A stretch of 62,509 bases of DNA from Chloroflexota bacterium (GCA_005889535.1 VBHC01000113.1:1-62509), one strand, 5' to 3'; numbered from the stretch's first letter, positions 27,650 through 41,364 are shown. Numbers and translations are program-made. Notes: generated by a model from the sequence alone, not told the origin.

Positions 27650-28561
27650 ATGTTTCGTCCCAAGACCCGCTATGTGGCTCTGCCGTCGCCGCGTGCCGGC
27701 GTTGGCGAGGAGATCGACCGGCTCAAATGCCCCAAGTGCGACACCTCCCTCGAACCGGCCCGCCTGACAACCGCCCTGGGGGTTTGCTATCGATGCGGAT
27801 ACCACTTCAGGCTGCGCGCCCCGGAGCGGATCGCGATGCTGGTCGAACCGGGTTCCTTTCATGAAGAGGACCAGCAGATCACCGCGACCGATGCGCTCGG
27901 CTTCAAGGATTCGCAGCCGTACAGCAAGCGCATCGAGCAAAGCCGGGCCAGCACCGGAGTGAACGAGGCGGTGACCTGGGGCGAGGCCACCCTGGCCGGC
28001 CATCCGCTCGTGATCGTCTGCCTCGACTTCGCCTTCATGGGCGGGAGCATGGGCGCCGCCACCGGGGAAAAGATCACGAATGGCATCGAGCGGGCGCTGC
28101 ACAACCGCGTGCCGCTACTGATCATCTCGGCGTCCGGAGGGGCCCGCATGCAGGAAGGCATGCTATCCCTGATGCAGATGGCGAAGACGGCCGCGGCGCT
28201 GGGGCGGCTGGGTGCCGCCGGGGTTCCCTACATCTCGCTGCTGACAGACCCGACCATGGGAGGCGTCACCGCCAGCTTCGCCTCGCTCGCCGACGTTATT
28301 CTCGCCGAGCCCGGCGCGATGATCGGGTTTGCCGGGGCTCGCGTCATCCAGCAAGCCACCTACGAGACGCTCCCCGAGGGTTTCCAGACGGCGGAGTTCC
28401 TCTGGCAGCACGGCATGATTGACCTCGTGGTGCCGCGGCCGGAGCTGCCCGCCGTCCTCCGTCAGTTGCTTGACCTCTACATCAAGAACGGGGTGGCCAA
28501 AGACTTCGAATTGCAGCCCCGGGCGAACGCATCGGCGCCCACGCCGGCCGTCCGCGGGTGA
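27650..28561 (+). CDS. accD: Acetyl-CoA carboxylase carboxyltransferase beta subunit
   Basis: C4 zinc finger; FMGGSMG, SGGARMQEG, PTMGGVTASFA and IGFAG motifs. Confidence 0.95.
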   Translation: MFRPKTRYVALPSPRAGVGEEIDRLKCPKCDTSLEPARLTTALGVCYRCGYHFRLRAPERIAMLVEPGSFHEEDQQITATDALGFKDSQPYSKRIEQSRASTGVNEAVTWGEATLAGHPLVIVCLDFAFMGGSMGAATGEKITNGIERALHNRVPLLIISASGGARMQEGMLSLMQMAKTAAALGRLGAAGVPYISLLTDPTMGGVTASFASLADVILAEPGAMIGFAGARVIQQATYETLPEGFQTAEFLWQHGMIDLVVPRPELPAVLRQLLDLYIKNGVAKDFELQPRANASAPTPAVRG

Positions 28562-29370
28562 CCGACAACGGATCGATCGCGGCTGCGACCTGGGAGCAAG
28601 TCGAGCTCGCCCGCCATCCCGACCGCCCCTATGCCCTCGATTACATCCACGCGATCTTCGGCAACTTCTTCGAGTTGCACGGCGACCGGCTCTTCGGTGA
28701 CGACCATGCCATCATCGGCGGCCCGGCCGCCCTCGATCATCGGACGGTCATGGTCATCGCTCAGCAGAAGGGGCGGACGACAGCCGAACGGGCGATGCGC
28801 AATTTCGGCATGGCGAACCCCGAGGGCTACCGAAAGGCGCTTCGACTGATCCGACAGGCGGAGCGCTTCCAGTTTCCGATCGTTGCCTTCGTTGATACCT
28901 CCGGTGCATTTCCCGGCGCCGGGGCGGAGGAGCGGGGCATCGCGTGGGCGATCGCGGAAAACCTGGTGGCGCTGGCGCAGGCTCGGATTCCAATCGTGAC
29001 TCTGGTCCTGGGCGAGGGGGGCAGCGGAGGCGCCCTCGGGATCGGCGTTGGCGACCGGCTGCTGATGATGGAGCACTCGATCTACAGCGTCGCCATGCCG
29101 GAGGCGTGCGCCTCGATTCTCTGGCGGGACATCGCCCGCAAGGTGGAGGCGGCGCAGGCTTTGAAGCTGACCGCTGCCGACCTGAAGCGGATGGGCCTGG
29201 CTGATGAGATCGTGCCCGAACCCCCGGGCGGGGCCCAGCATGATTACGGCATGGCCGCCGACGCCGCCGGTGCGGCGCTGCGCCGGCAGCTGGCCACCCT
29301 CGAAGCGGTGGCCGTCGATCGGCTGCTGGAGAACCGTTACCAGCGATACCGGCGGATCGGCGCGACCTAA
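28558..29370 (+). CDS. accA: Acetyl-CoA carboxylase carboxyltransferase alpha subunit
   Basis: ARHPDRP, GDRLFGDD, NFGMANPEGYRKA and GEGGSGGALG motifs. Confidence 0.95.
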   Translation: MTDNGSIAAATWEQVELARHPDRPYALDYIHAIFGNFFELHGDRLFGDDHAIIGGPAALDHRTVMVIAQQKGRTTAERAMRNFGMANPEGYRKALRLIRQAERFQFPIVAFVDTSGAFPGAGAEERGIAWAIAENLVALAQARIPIVTLVLGEGGSGGALGIGVGDRLLMMEHSIYSVAMPEACASILWRDIARKVEAAQALKLTAADLKRMGLADEIVPEPPGGAQHDYGMAADAAGAALRRQLATLEAVAVDRLLENRYQRYRRIGAT

Positions 29371-29436
29371 ACCGCGCAGGGGCGCTCATTCGGCCGAAAG
29401 GCCGGCTCGCCCTGCCGGGCTCGCTAACATCAGGCC

Positions 29437-30525
29437 GTGGCTACGGGCGCGGTAACCGCGTCGCCGGTGCGGCGCCGGGAACGACTCGATCCCTCCGTCT
29501 TCCGGCTCAACGTGGAACGGATCCGCGAGGGGTATTACAGCGATGTCTACTTCAATCGCACAGTCGATGTGCTCCGTGCTGACCGCCGACATCCACAGGT
29601 GCTGATGCAGGTCTTCCAGAAACAGCACGCCATCATCGGCGGCATGGACGAGGCCATCGCCATCGTCAAGCTCTGTTCCGAGGATTTCTCGCAGCTTCGG
29701 GTGCACGCCCTCTATGACGGCGACGAGGTCGCGCCGTGGGAAACGGCGATGACGATCGAGGGCGACTACTCGCTCTTCGCCCGCCTGGAGACGGTGTACC
29801 TCGGCGTCCTGTCGCGGCGCACGAAGGTCGCCACCAATGTCCGGCGAGTGGTCGAGGCCGCGCAAGGCAAGCAGATCATTTTCTTCCCGGCGCGTCATGA
29901 CCATCACCTGGTGCAGACAGGCGACGGCTATGCCGCGCACGTCTCGGGCGCGATCGGCGTTTCAACCGATGCCCAGGCGTCCTGGTGGGGCGGCAAGGGC
30001 ACCGGCACCGTCCCCCATTCGCTGATCGCCGCGTACAACGGCGACACCGTCCTGGCCGCCCAGAAGTATGCAGAGTTCGTGGATCCCAGCGTGAACCTCG
30101 TTGTCCTCGTCGACTGGGACAACGATTGCGTTCGGACGTCGCTGGCGCTGGCGCGAGCCTTGGGTGACCGGCTCTGGGGAGTCCGCCTCGACACCTCGGA
30201 AACGATGGTCGACGTCAGCATCCAGAAGCTGATGGGCGACTTTGACCCGCGCGGTGTCAACCCGCAACTCTGCACCCTGGTACGCCGCGCCCTCGACCGG
30301 GAAGGGTTCGAGCACGTGAAGATCGTGGCCAGCGGCGGCTTCAACGTCGAGAAGATCGAGCGGTTCGAGCGCGAGCAGGTGCCGGTCGACGCATACGGCG
30401 TGGGCAGTGCCTTCTTCAAGGGTGTCTACGACTTCACCGCGGATGTCGTCATGCTCGAAGGCCGCCCCTGCGCGAAGGCCGGCCGGCGCTACCGGCCGAA
30501 CCCACGCCTCGAGCCCGTCAGCTGA
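29437..30525 (+). CDS. pncB: Nicotinate phosphoribosyltransferase (QAPRTase-like type)
   Basis: GYYSDVYF, GTVPHSLI, GVRLDTS, ASGGF and DAYGVGS motifs; adjacent to pncA. Confidence 0.82.
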   Translation: MATGAVTASPVRRRERLDPSVFRLNVERIREGYYSDVYFNRTVDVLRADRRHPQVLMQVFQKQHAIIGGMDEAIAIVKLCSEDFSQLRVHALYDGDEVAPWETAMTIEGDYSLFARLETVYLGVLSRRTKVATNVRRVVEAAQGKQIIFFPARHDHHLVQTGDGYAAHVSGAIGVSTDAQASWWGGKGTGTVPHSLIAAYNGDTVLAAQKYAEFVDPSVNLVVLVDWDNDCVRTSLALARALGDRLWGVRLDTSETMVDVSIQKLMGDFDPRGVNPQLCTLVRRALDREGFEHVKIVASGGFNVEKIERFEREQVPVDAYGVGSAFFKGVYDFTADVVMLEGRPCAKAGRRYRPNPRLEPVS

Positions 30526-30527
30526 GC

Positions 30528-31067
30528 ATGGCGAACGTCACGATCGTGGTCGACGTCCTCAACGGTTTTTGCAAGGCGGGTAACCTGGCGTCCCCTCGGT
30601 GCGACGCGGCGATCCCCCGGATCCGCGACGCGATCGAGGCCCGTCAGCGGGCCGGCGACCAGCTGGTCTTTCTGGCCGATACCCATGATCCAAACGACCG
30701 GGAGTTCGAAGTCTTCCCGGTGCATTGCGTGCGCGGAACTAAGGAAGCGGATGTGGTCGAAGAGCTCCAACCATTTCTGAACGACGCGACCCTGATCCGC
30801 AAGCGCCGCTACTCCGGCTTCTTTGAGACCAACCTCGACGCGCTGCTGGAGGCCGCCCGGCCGGAGCAGGTGACTGTCATCGGTGTCTGCACCGATATCT
30901 GTGTTCTGCACACCGTGGCGGATCTGCGCAACCGCGATTACCAGGTGGTGGTGCCGGCGTCGGCGGTCGCGACCTTCGATGCGCCCGGGCATCCCGGGGA
31001 CGAGGTCCAGAAGTGGGCACTGGCGCATCTCGCCGGTGTGCTCGGCGCCCGAGTCATCCCGGCATAG
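30528..31067 (+). CDS. pncA: Nicotinamidase/isochorismatase family cysteine hydrolase
   Basis: VVDVLNGF, DTH, FPVHC, KRRYSGF and GVCTDICV motifs. Confidence 0.85.
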   Translation: MANVTIVVDVLNGFCKAGNLASPRCDAAIPRIRDAIEARQRAGDQLVFLADTHDPNDREFEVFPVHCVRGTKEADVVEELQPFLNDATLIRKRRYSGFFETNLDALLEAARPEQVTVIGVCTDICVLHTVADLRNRDYQVVVPASAVATFDAPGHPGDEVQKWALAHLAGVLGARVIPA

Positions 31068-31076
31068 AAGTCCCGG

Positions 31077-31098
31077 CCCCCCTTGCGGGAGGGCAGGG
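31077..31098 (+). repeat. Degenerate REP-like element
   Basis: CCCCCC-TTGC-GGGAGGG-CAGGG just after the pncA stop. Confidence 0.4.
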
Positions 31099-31190
31099 AC
31101 CCATGTGACTATCAGCCTATAATCTAATCTGCTAGTGAAAACTGGCTATCCCCAGACATCAATGCTACCCGTTTGCGTTTGAACTTATAT

Positions 31191-33299
31191 ATGGAACCTG
31201 CCGAATCCCGTTGCCCGGCGTGTCGATATCGACTCAAGCCCGACAGTCGATATTGCTCCGCGTGTGGCCGTCGGGTCGTGGCAGGCCCCCGCCGGCTCCA
31301 GTTCCGATCCTGGATGGTGCCGCCCGCGATCTTTCTGGCGGTCCTGCTCGTGGTTCTCCCGGGGATGCTCTACGTCTGGGCCGGCCTCCCCTCGACCTCC
31401 AACCTGAGCACAGCCCGCCTGCCACTTTCGACTCGCATCTATGACCGAACCGGGACCATCCTGCTGGCGGAGATCCACCAAGGTTCCGAGCGGCGGCACA
31501 TCGTGCCGCTGAGCCAGGTCGCCCCCTCGATGCGAGAGGCCACGATCGCCGTGGAAGACCGCACCTTCTACCAGCATGGCGGTCTGAACCTGCTGCGCAC
31601 CGGGCAGGCGGGCCTCGACGATCTGATCCATCTCCGGCTGAACCAGGGCGGCAGCACCATCACCCAGCAGCTGGTGAAAAACATCTACCTGTCGGGGGAT
31701 CGGGCCGTGCTGCGCAAGTTGGACGAGGCGATTCTGGCGGTCGAGATCGAGCACCAGTACTCGAAGTCGCAGATCCTGGAGGCCTACCTGAACCGGATTT
31801 ACTACGGGAACCAGTCCTATGGCGTCGAGGCAGCAGCCCAGACCTACTTCGGGAAAACCGCCCATCAGCTGTCTCTATCGGAGGCGGCACTGCTCGCCGG
31901 ACTCCCCCAGGCACCAACGGCGCTGGATCCGTTCAGCAACCTCAACGGCGCGAAGGCGCGGCAGCGAGTCGTGCTGGACGCCATGGTCAAGGCAGGAGAA
32001 ATCACAACCGCCCAGGCACAGTCCGCCTTCGCCCAGCCGCTCACGCTGCAAAAACCAACCTCGGCGGACGACGTCAAGGCGCCCGGATTCGTCCACTGGG
32101 TGGCCGCCCAGGTGGAAAAGACCTATGGGGAGGAACTCCTCAAGAACGGCGGCCTGACCGTGATCACCTCGCTCGACTGGAACCTTCAATCGATCGCAGA
32201 ACAGCAGGTGCGGGAAAAAGTGGCGGCCCTGCAGCGGCAGCACGTCACCGATGGTGCGCTGGTTGCGGTCGACCCGAAGTCGGGTGCCGTGCTGGCCATG
32301 GTCGGGTCAGCCGGGCCGGACGTGCCGGGCGGCCAGTACAACATGGCCATCATTCCGCGCCAGCCGGGTTCCGCCTTCAAGATGTTTACCTACACCGCCG
32401 CGATCGAGTCCGGCAAATTCACGATGGGCTCCTGGATCGACGACTCGCCGGTGCAGATTCGCCTCGCGGATGGCAGCACCTACACGCCGCGCAACTATGA
32501 CGGCAGTTTCCACGGCTGGCAGCCGATTCCCTTCGCCCTCGGGAATTCGCTCAACGTCCCCGCCGTCAAGGTGGAGATGGGAACCGGCGTCGACCGGGTC
32601 GTCGACGTCGCTCGCCGGATGGGCGTGGAAACCCTGACGCAGCCCGCCAGCGCCTACCAGCCCAGCCTGACGCTCGGCGGCTACGAGGTGCCGCTGATCG
32701 ATATGGCGGCCGGGGCCAGCACCCTGGCGGCGCAGGGGACCTACCGCCATCCGCAAGCGATCCTGAAGATCATGGCGCACGATGGCACCACGCTCTATCG
32801 GTACGCCGAGGGCAAGGGCAAGGCGGCCCTGACCCCGCAGGTCAGTTTCATCATGGCGGATATGTTGTCCAATGACCGCAATCGATCCCTCGAGTTCGGC
32901 CGCAACAGCGACCTCGTCATCCCCGGACATCACGTCGCGGCCAAGACGGGGACCACCAACGACTTCCGCGACAACCTGACGGTCGGGTTTACACCGAATC
33001 TGGCCGTGGCGGTCTGGGTCGGCAATGCCGATCACACGCCGATGCGCAACGTGAGCGGCATCGTGGGCGCGGCCCCGATCTTCCACGGCTTCATGACGCA
33101 GGTGCTCAACGGCCAGCCGGACAGCTGGTACGCCGTGCCCGACGGGCTGCATGCCGTCGGCATGAATGGCTACACCGCCTACCTGCTCCCCGGGACCGAG
33201 CAACTGGCGCAGTCGCAGCAGCCGCCACCCTCACGGTGTGAAGAGGGTTGCGGGGGTGGAGGCGACAACGGGGGCGGCCGCCACAAAAAGCACGGCTAG
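31191..33299 (+). CDS. Class A penicillin-binding protein with an N-terminal zinc ribbon
   Basis: CPAC...CSACG; TM; glycosyltransferase motifs (EDRTFYQH, GGSTITQQLVKN, RKLDE); transpeptidase motifs (SAFK, SLN, KTGT). Confidence 0.93.
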   Translation: MEPAESRCPACRYRLKPDSRYCSACGRRVVAGPRRLQFRSWMVPPAIFLAVLLVVLPGMLYVWAGLPSTSNLSTARLPLSTRIYDRTGTILLAEIHQGSERRHIVPLSQVAPSMREATIAVEDRTFYQHGGLNLLRTGQAGLDDLIHLRLNQGGSTITQQLVKNIYLSGDRAVLRKLDEAILAVEIEHQYSKSQILEAYLNRIYYGNQSYGVEAAAQTYFGKTAHQLSLSEAALLAGLPQAPTALDPFSNLNGAKARQRVVLDAMVKAGEITTAQAQSAFAQPLTLQKPTSADDVKAPGFVHWVAAQVEKTYGEELLKNGGLTVITSLDWNLQSIAEQQVREKVAALQRQHVTDGALVAVDPKSGAVLAMVGSAGPDVPGGQYNMAIIPRQPGSAFKMFTYTAAIESGKFTMGSWIDDSPVQIRLADGSTYTPRNYDGSFHGWQPIPFALGNSLNVPAVKVEMGTGVDRVVDVARRMGVETLTQPASAYQPSLTLGGYEVPLIDMAAGASTLAAQGTYRHPQAILKIMAHDGTTLYRYAEGKGKAALTPQVSFIMADMLSNDRNRSLEFGRNSDLVIPGHHVAAKTGTTNDFRDNLTVGFTPNLAVAVWVGNADHTPMRNVSGIVGAAPIFHGFMTQVLNGQPDSWYAVPDGLHAVGMNGYTAYLLPGTEQLAQSQQPPPSRCEEGCGGGGDNGGGRHKKHG

Positions 33300-33330
33300 C
33301 GATCGGCCGTGGGAAAACGCGCCGGCCCGG

Positions 33331-33753
33331 TTACGTCTGCCCGCGACCTCGTCCCGGCGGATTCGCCGGTGAGCTCTCGGAAGAACCACGCATGCCTTCG
33401 AGCTGGCGACTGAGTTCCGCAACCTGGCGCTCCAGGTTCTCGACCTGCTCCCGGGTCGCGAGCGGCATCCTGGCGCTCCGCACCCCCTCCTGGACGCGCC
33501 GACCCAGGTCTTCCCCAGCGCGCCGCGTCCGAGAGGCAAAGTCGTCGAAACGCCGGCGGCTCTCATCGCCGCTCGTCCGTCCCTGGTGCAGCCAGTTATG
33601 GGCCATCTCATCGGTCTTTTCGAACGCCCAACTGGCAGCCCCCAGCATCGTGTAGAAGCCGTCGCGGATCACCTCGCGGACACGCTCGGTTCCTTCCGAC
33701 TCGCGGTTCTCCGACGTCCCTGCCGGTTTCTGCGTCGAGTGTTGGTCTGCCAT
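33331..33753 (-). CDS. Phasin-like (PhaF/PhaI-type) coiled-coil protein
   Basis: LGAA...E....W..QG.. pattern and ATREQVENLERQVAEL tail. Confidence 0.6.
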   Translation of the reverse strand: MADQHSTQKPAGTSENRESEGTERVREVIRDGFYTMLGAASWAFEKTDEMAHNWLHQGRTSGDESRRRFDDFASRTRRAGEDLGRRVQEGVRSARMPLATREQVENLERQVAELSRQLEGMRGSSESSPANPPGRGRGQT

Positions 33754-33773
33754 GCGCTAAGTTTAGGGCGCCG

Positions 33774-38243
<4,470 letters not shown>

Positions 38244-38248
38244 GGAGC

Positions 38249-38280
38249 AAAAAAAAAGGCGCTTGCCCATTGCAAGCGCC
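38249..38280 (-). terminator. Intrinsic terminator of propeptide gene 2
   Basis: On the minus strand, GGCGCTTGC-AATGG-GCAAGCGCC followed by T9, 20 nt after the peptide stop. Confidence 0.85.
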
Positions 38281-38300
38281 CTCCAAGCCCCGGAACCGAT

Positions 38301-38381
38301 TTAGCGAGGACCAGGCAAGCTGTCGGCCACGGCGAGCACAGCGGCGACGACGGTGGCGATAATCGCGAACATCCGGTACAT
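38301..38381 (-). CDS. Putative secreted signalling propeptide (26 aa, MYRMFAIIATVVAAVLAVADSLPGPR)
   Basis: AAGGAGGG SD, ATG start, signal-peptide pattern with an A-V-A site, its own terminator, and a TTGACA upstream. Divergent from the HTH-TPR gene. Confidence 0.85.
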   Translation of the reverse strand: MYRMFAIIATVVAAVLAVADSLPGPR

Positions 38382-38432
38382 GGGCACCCTCCTTCTGGGT
38401 GGACCGGGTGCCCCGACCAGCTCAGCCGGTAT

Positions 38433-38459
38433 TTAACACCCGGTTCAATTTGGTGTCAA
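38433..38459. promoter_or_regulatory. Inverted repeat TTAACACC-N11-GGTGTCAA, candidate operator overlapping the -35 of the peptide gene
   Basis: 7/8 inverted match in the divergent intergenic region. The right arm reads TTGACA on the minus strand. Confidence 0.55.
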
Positions 38460-38507
38460 TATACTTTCCGCGACCTGGTTTAGCCAAGCTATACTCGGAG
38501 GCAGCTG

Positions 38508-39800
38508 ATGAACTCGGTGGGAGAGCGTCTTCGCGAGGCGCGCCTGGCCAGGGGCCTCACTCAGGAACAGCTCGCCCGGGGACTAGCAACCAAGGGATTC
38601 ATCAGCCAGGTGGAGCGCAACCACGCGACCCCGTCTCTCCCCAAACTTCGCGTGATCGCCGAGCGATTGGGGCAGCCGCTTTCCTTCTTCGTGACCGATC
38701 GTCCTCCGCAACTCTTGACCCTCCTTCGCAAAAGCGCCCAACTGGCGGTTCGCGCGGAAGATCCCGCTCACGCGCTGGACATCCTGGCGGAGGCGACCGA
38801 CCTGCCGGCGACGGCGAATGAGCGCGCCGATCTTCAACGGATTCGGGGCATTGCCCTTTCTGAGTTACGCCGAAATCCAGAGGCCCTTTCGACATTGCAG
38901 GACGCCGCCGCGACGGCTCCGATCGACGATGCGGAGCTGAACGCCGCGATCTATTCGGAAATCGGCACGGTCCTGCAGATCGAGGAGCGATTCAACGCCG
39001 CCATCGAAGCCAACCGACGGGCGCTCGATTGGCTCGACCGCTGCCGCCACGCCGATCCCGCGCTGCGCGCCCGGGTCCTGACCAACCTGGGAAGCAGTAG
39101 CTTCCGGCTGGGCCAGCACGCCGAAGCGATGGCCTACTTCGTCCGCGCCCTGGACGCCGCGACCGACGCCGAGAGCCTGCTACGGATCGCCAACGCCCAC
39201 ATGGCGCTGGGGGTGGCGGCCCGGGCGGTCGGTGAGCTCGACCGGGCCATCGAACATTGCAATCGGGCCCTGGAGCTCCACTCTCGGATCCATCACGAGC
39301 GGACCGCCAACCGGATCCTCAACAACCTGGGCGACGTCCATTACGCGGCCGGACGCAAGCGACAAGCGGCCGCGTTCCAGCGACGCTGCCTGGAGCGCGC
39401 GCGCGAACTCCACGACGACTTCGAGATCGGGGTCGCCGCTGGGGCGCTGGCTCGCTATGCCCTCGAGGACGGCAAGTTCGGGGACGCCCTGGTCCTGGCC
39501 CGCGAAAGTCAGCAGGCGGCCGGTCGATCCGGCGACCACCTCCATCAGGCCATCGCGGCGGCAGTGGAAGGCGCAGCCGCGGACCGCCTTGGCCGGCGCC
39601 GGCTGGCGAACCAACGCTTCACCCAAGCCCTGCAGATCCTTTTCGAGCGCAGCGCCGCCGGCGAGCTCGCCGAGGTTTGCACGATGTACGCCGATGTCCT
39701 GCGCCGACGTGGCCAGGACGACCGCGCCTTCGCCTTCATGCGAATGGCGGCCGAGCGCGATTTTCGCAAACTGGCCGCCCTCCTCAAGACGGGCAGGTAA
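38508..39800 (+). CDS. XRE-HTH + TPR transcriptional regulator (RRNPP-like peptide receptor candidate 2)
   Basis: GERLREARLARGLTQEQLA...FISQVERNHATPS HTH; TPRs with Asn residues (LTNLG, IANAH, LNNLG); paralog of 4489-5850. Confidence 0.9.
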   Translation: MNSVGERLREARLARGLTQEQLARGLATKGFISQVERNHATPSLPKLRVIAERLGQPLSFFVTDRPPQLLTLLRKSAQLAVRAEDPAHALDILAEATDLPATANERADLQRIRGIALSELRRNPEALSTLQDAAATAPIDDAELNAAIYSEIGTVLQIEERFNAAIEANRRALDWLDRCRHADPALRARVLTNLGSSSFRLGQHAEAMAYFVRALDAATDAESLLRIANAHMALGVAARAVGELDRAIEHCNRALELHSRIHHERTANRILNNLGDVHYAAGRKRQAAAFQRRCLERARELHDDFEIGVAAGALARYALEDGKFGDALVLARESQQAAGRSGDHLHQAIAAAVEGAAADRLGRRRLANQRFTQALQILFERSAAGELAEVCTMYADVLRRRGQDDRAFAFMRMAAERDFRKLAALLKTGR

Positions 39801-39802
39801 TC

Positions 39803-40810
39803 ATGCCGTCCGCCAGAGGGATCAACGACTCGGCCACTGCCGTGCTGGTCGCCGTCGACGACCAGTCCGACGAGCGCGAGGTGCGCGCCATCCTGGAGAG
39901 CGCCGGCCACCGGGTGCTCACCGCCGCCGACGGCGCGGCCGCCCTGCGCATACTCTCGGCGCATCAGTGCGACCTCGTTCTCTGCGAAGCCGTGCTATCC
40001 GACATGGATGGCTTCGAAGTTTGCCGGGCGATCAAGCAGGCGCCCGCGACCCGCCAGATTCCGGTGCTGCTCTTGCTGGCCAGCGACGATGACGTCCAGC
40101 GCGAGCGGGCCCTTCAGGCGGGCGCGGACGATGTTGTCATCAAGCCGGTGGAGCGCACCCTGCTGCTGACGCTGGTGCGCGGCCAGCTACGGCTCGCCCG
40201 ATTGGACGACCAGGTCCACGACCTCGAGGGTCTTGTCATGACGCTCGCCCGCGCCGTCGAGGATCGCGAGCAGAGTAGTGCGGGGCTGGCGGAGAAAGTT
40301 GCCCACTGGGCGACCCAGCTCGGCAGCGCCATTCAACTGCAGGATGATCAGCTGACGCTGCTCTACAAGGCCGCCTTGCTTCACGACGTCGGCACGCTGA
40401 GCGTCCCGGTCGATGTGCTCTCAAAGGGAGGTCGCCTGGACCCCGCAGAGTTCAGCCAGGTGAAGCGACACCCGGTTGTCGGCGAGCAGATCCTTGGCGC
40501 ATTGCCGCGCTCGGATCAACTGCTGCCGGCCGTTCGTCACCATCACGAGCGAGTAGACGGCGCGGGCTACCCGGACGGGCTCGGCGGTGATGACATTCCC
40601 ATGTTTGCTCGGATCATCGCCATCGCGGATGCCTTCGTCGCGATGACGAGCGATCGCCCGTATCGCGGCAGGCTTTCACGCGCGGAGGCGGTCGGCATCC
40701 TGCGGCAGGGCGCCGGGAAGCAATGGGATGCCGCCCTGGTCGAGCGATTCTTACCGCTCATCGAGAAGACGGACGTCGAGAGCGCCTCCCAGGCTCAAAC
40801 CGCCGGGTAG
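39803..40810 (+). CDS. RpfG-like REC + HD-GYP cyclic-di-GMP phosphodiesterase (atypical receiver)
   Basis: REC fold (DLVLCEAVLSDMDG...KPV); LLHDVG, HHHERVDGAGYPDGL, ADAF and DRPYR motifs. Starts 2 nt after the TPR gene stop. Confidence 0.9.
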   Translation: MPSARGINDSATAVLVAVDDQSDEREVRAILESAGHRVLTAADGAAALRILSAHQCDLVLCEAVLSDMDGFEVCRAIKQAPATRQIPVLLLLASDDDVQRERALQAGADDVVIKPVERTLLLTLVRGQLRLARLDDQVHDLEGLVMTLARAVEDREQSSAGLAEKVAHWATQLGSAIQLQDDQLTLLYKAALLHDVGTLSVPVDVLSKGGRLDPAEFSQVKRHPVVGEQILGALPRSDQLLPAVRHHHERVDGAGYPDGLGGDDIPMFARIIAIADAFVAMTSDRPYRGRLSRAEAVGILRQGAGKQWDAALVERFLPLIEKTDVESASQAQTAG

Positions 40811-41364
40811 GGCCAGTCGTCGGGTCGATCGATATCCGTCCCCATCGACGCCGGAAGCTCTACCTCGATGACCGCCTCAGGATGTGCGGTCACGACAACC
40901 TGGCCACCGCGGTCCGCCTCGACCAGGCGCATCAATTCCGAAAAGAATCGTCGATCGAAGATCACGGGATTGCCACGGTGGTCGCCATATCGGGGCACGA
41001 CGATCGTGCCGGGCACAAAGGCGCTGACCAGCTGCGCGATGGCCTCGGCACTCAGGTAGGGCTGGTCGGCCACACCGATCAGAGCCGCCGGATGAGCACC
41101 GGGCAGCGCATGAACCCCCATGGCAATCGAGCTGTCGATGCCACGCTCCGGCTGCGGGTTGCGCGCGAGCGTCAGCGGCAGGCCGGCCAGGGCCTCCGCG
41201 AGCCGCGGATCATCAGAAACCACCGCGATCACGGGAGTCAGCCCCGCCTCGAGGAAACTGCGGGCGGCGCGTCGCAGCATCGGTTCGCCGTGCCAGGGCT
41301 CGAGCAGCTTCTGACGGCCAAACCGGCTGGAGAGGCCGGCGGCGAGCAGAATTCCCGCAATCAG
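40795..41364 (-). CDS. MocA/MobA-like nucleotidyltransferase
   Basis: IAGILLAAGLSSRFG..KLL, GIDSSI, DQP, GNPV.F and DIDRP motifs. Proposed CTG start; the alternative is TTG 41403. Confidence 0.88.
   Translation of the reverse strand: MIAGILLAAGLSSRFGRQKLLEPWHGEPMLRRAARSFLEAGLTPVIAVVSDDPRLAEALAGLPLTLARNPQPERGIDSSIAMGVHALPGAHPAALIGVADQPYLSAEAIAQLVSAFVPGTIVVPRYGDHRGNPVIFDRRFFSELMRLVEADRGGQVVVTAHPEAVIEVELPASMGTDIDRPDDWPYPAV

Noticed and set aside
26369-28102. Long antisense ORFs (e.g. 577 aa here, 572 aa at 48245-49963, 517 aa at 39257-40810, 429 aa at 51523-52812)
   Set aside because: These are shadow or alternative-frame ORFs over well-supported genes, as expected from high-GC codon bias.
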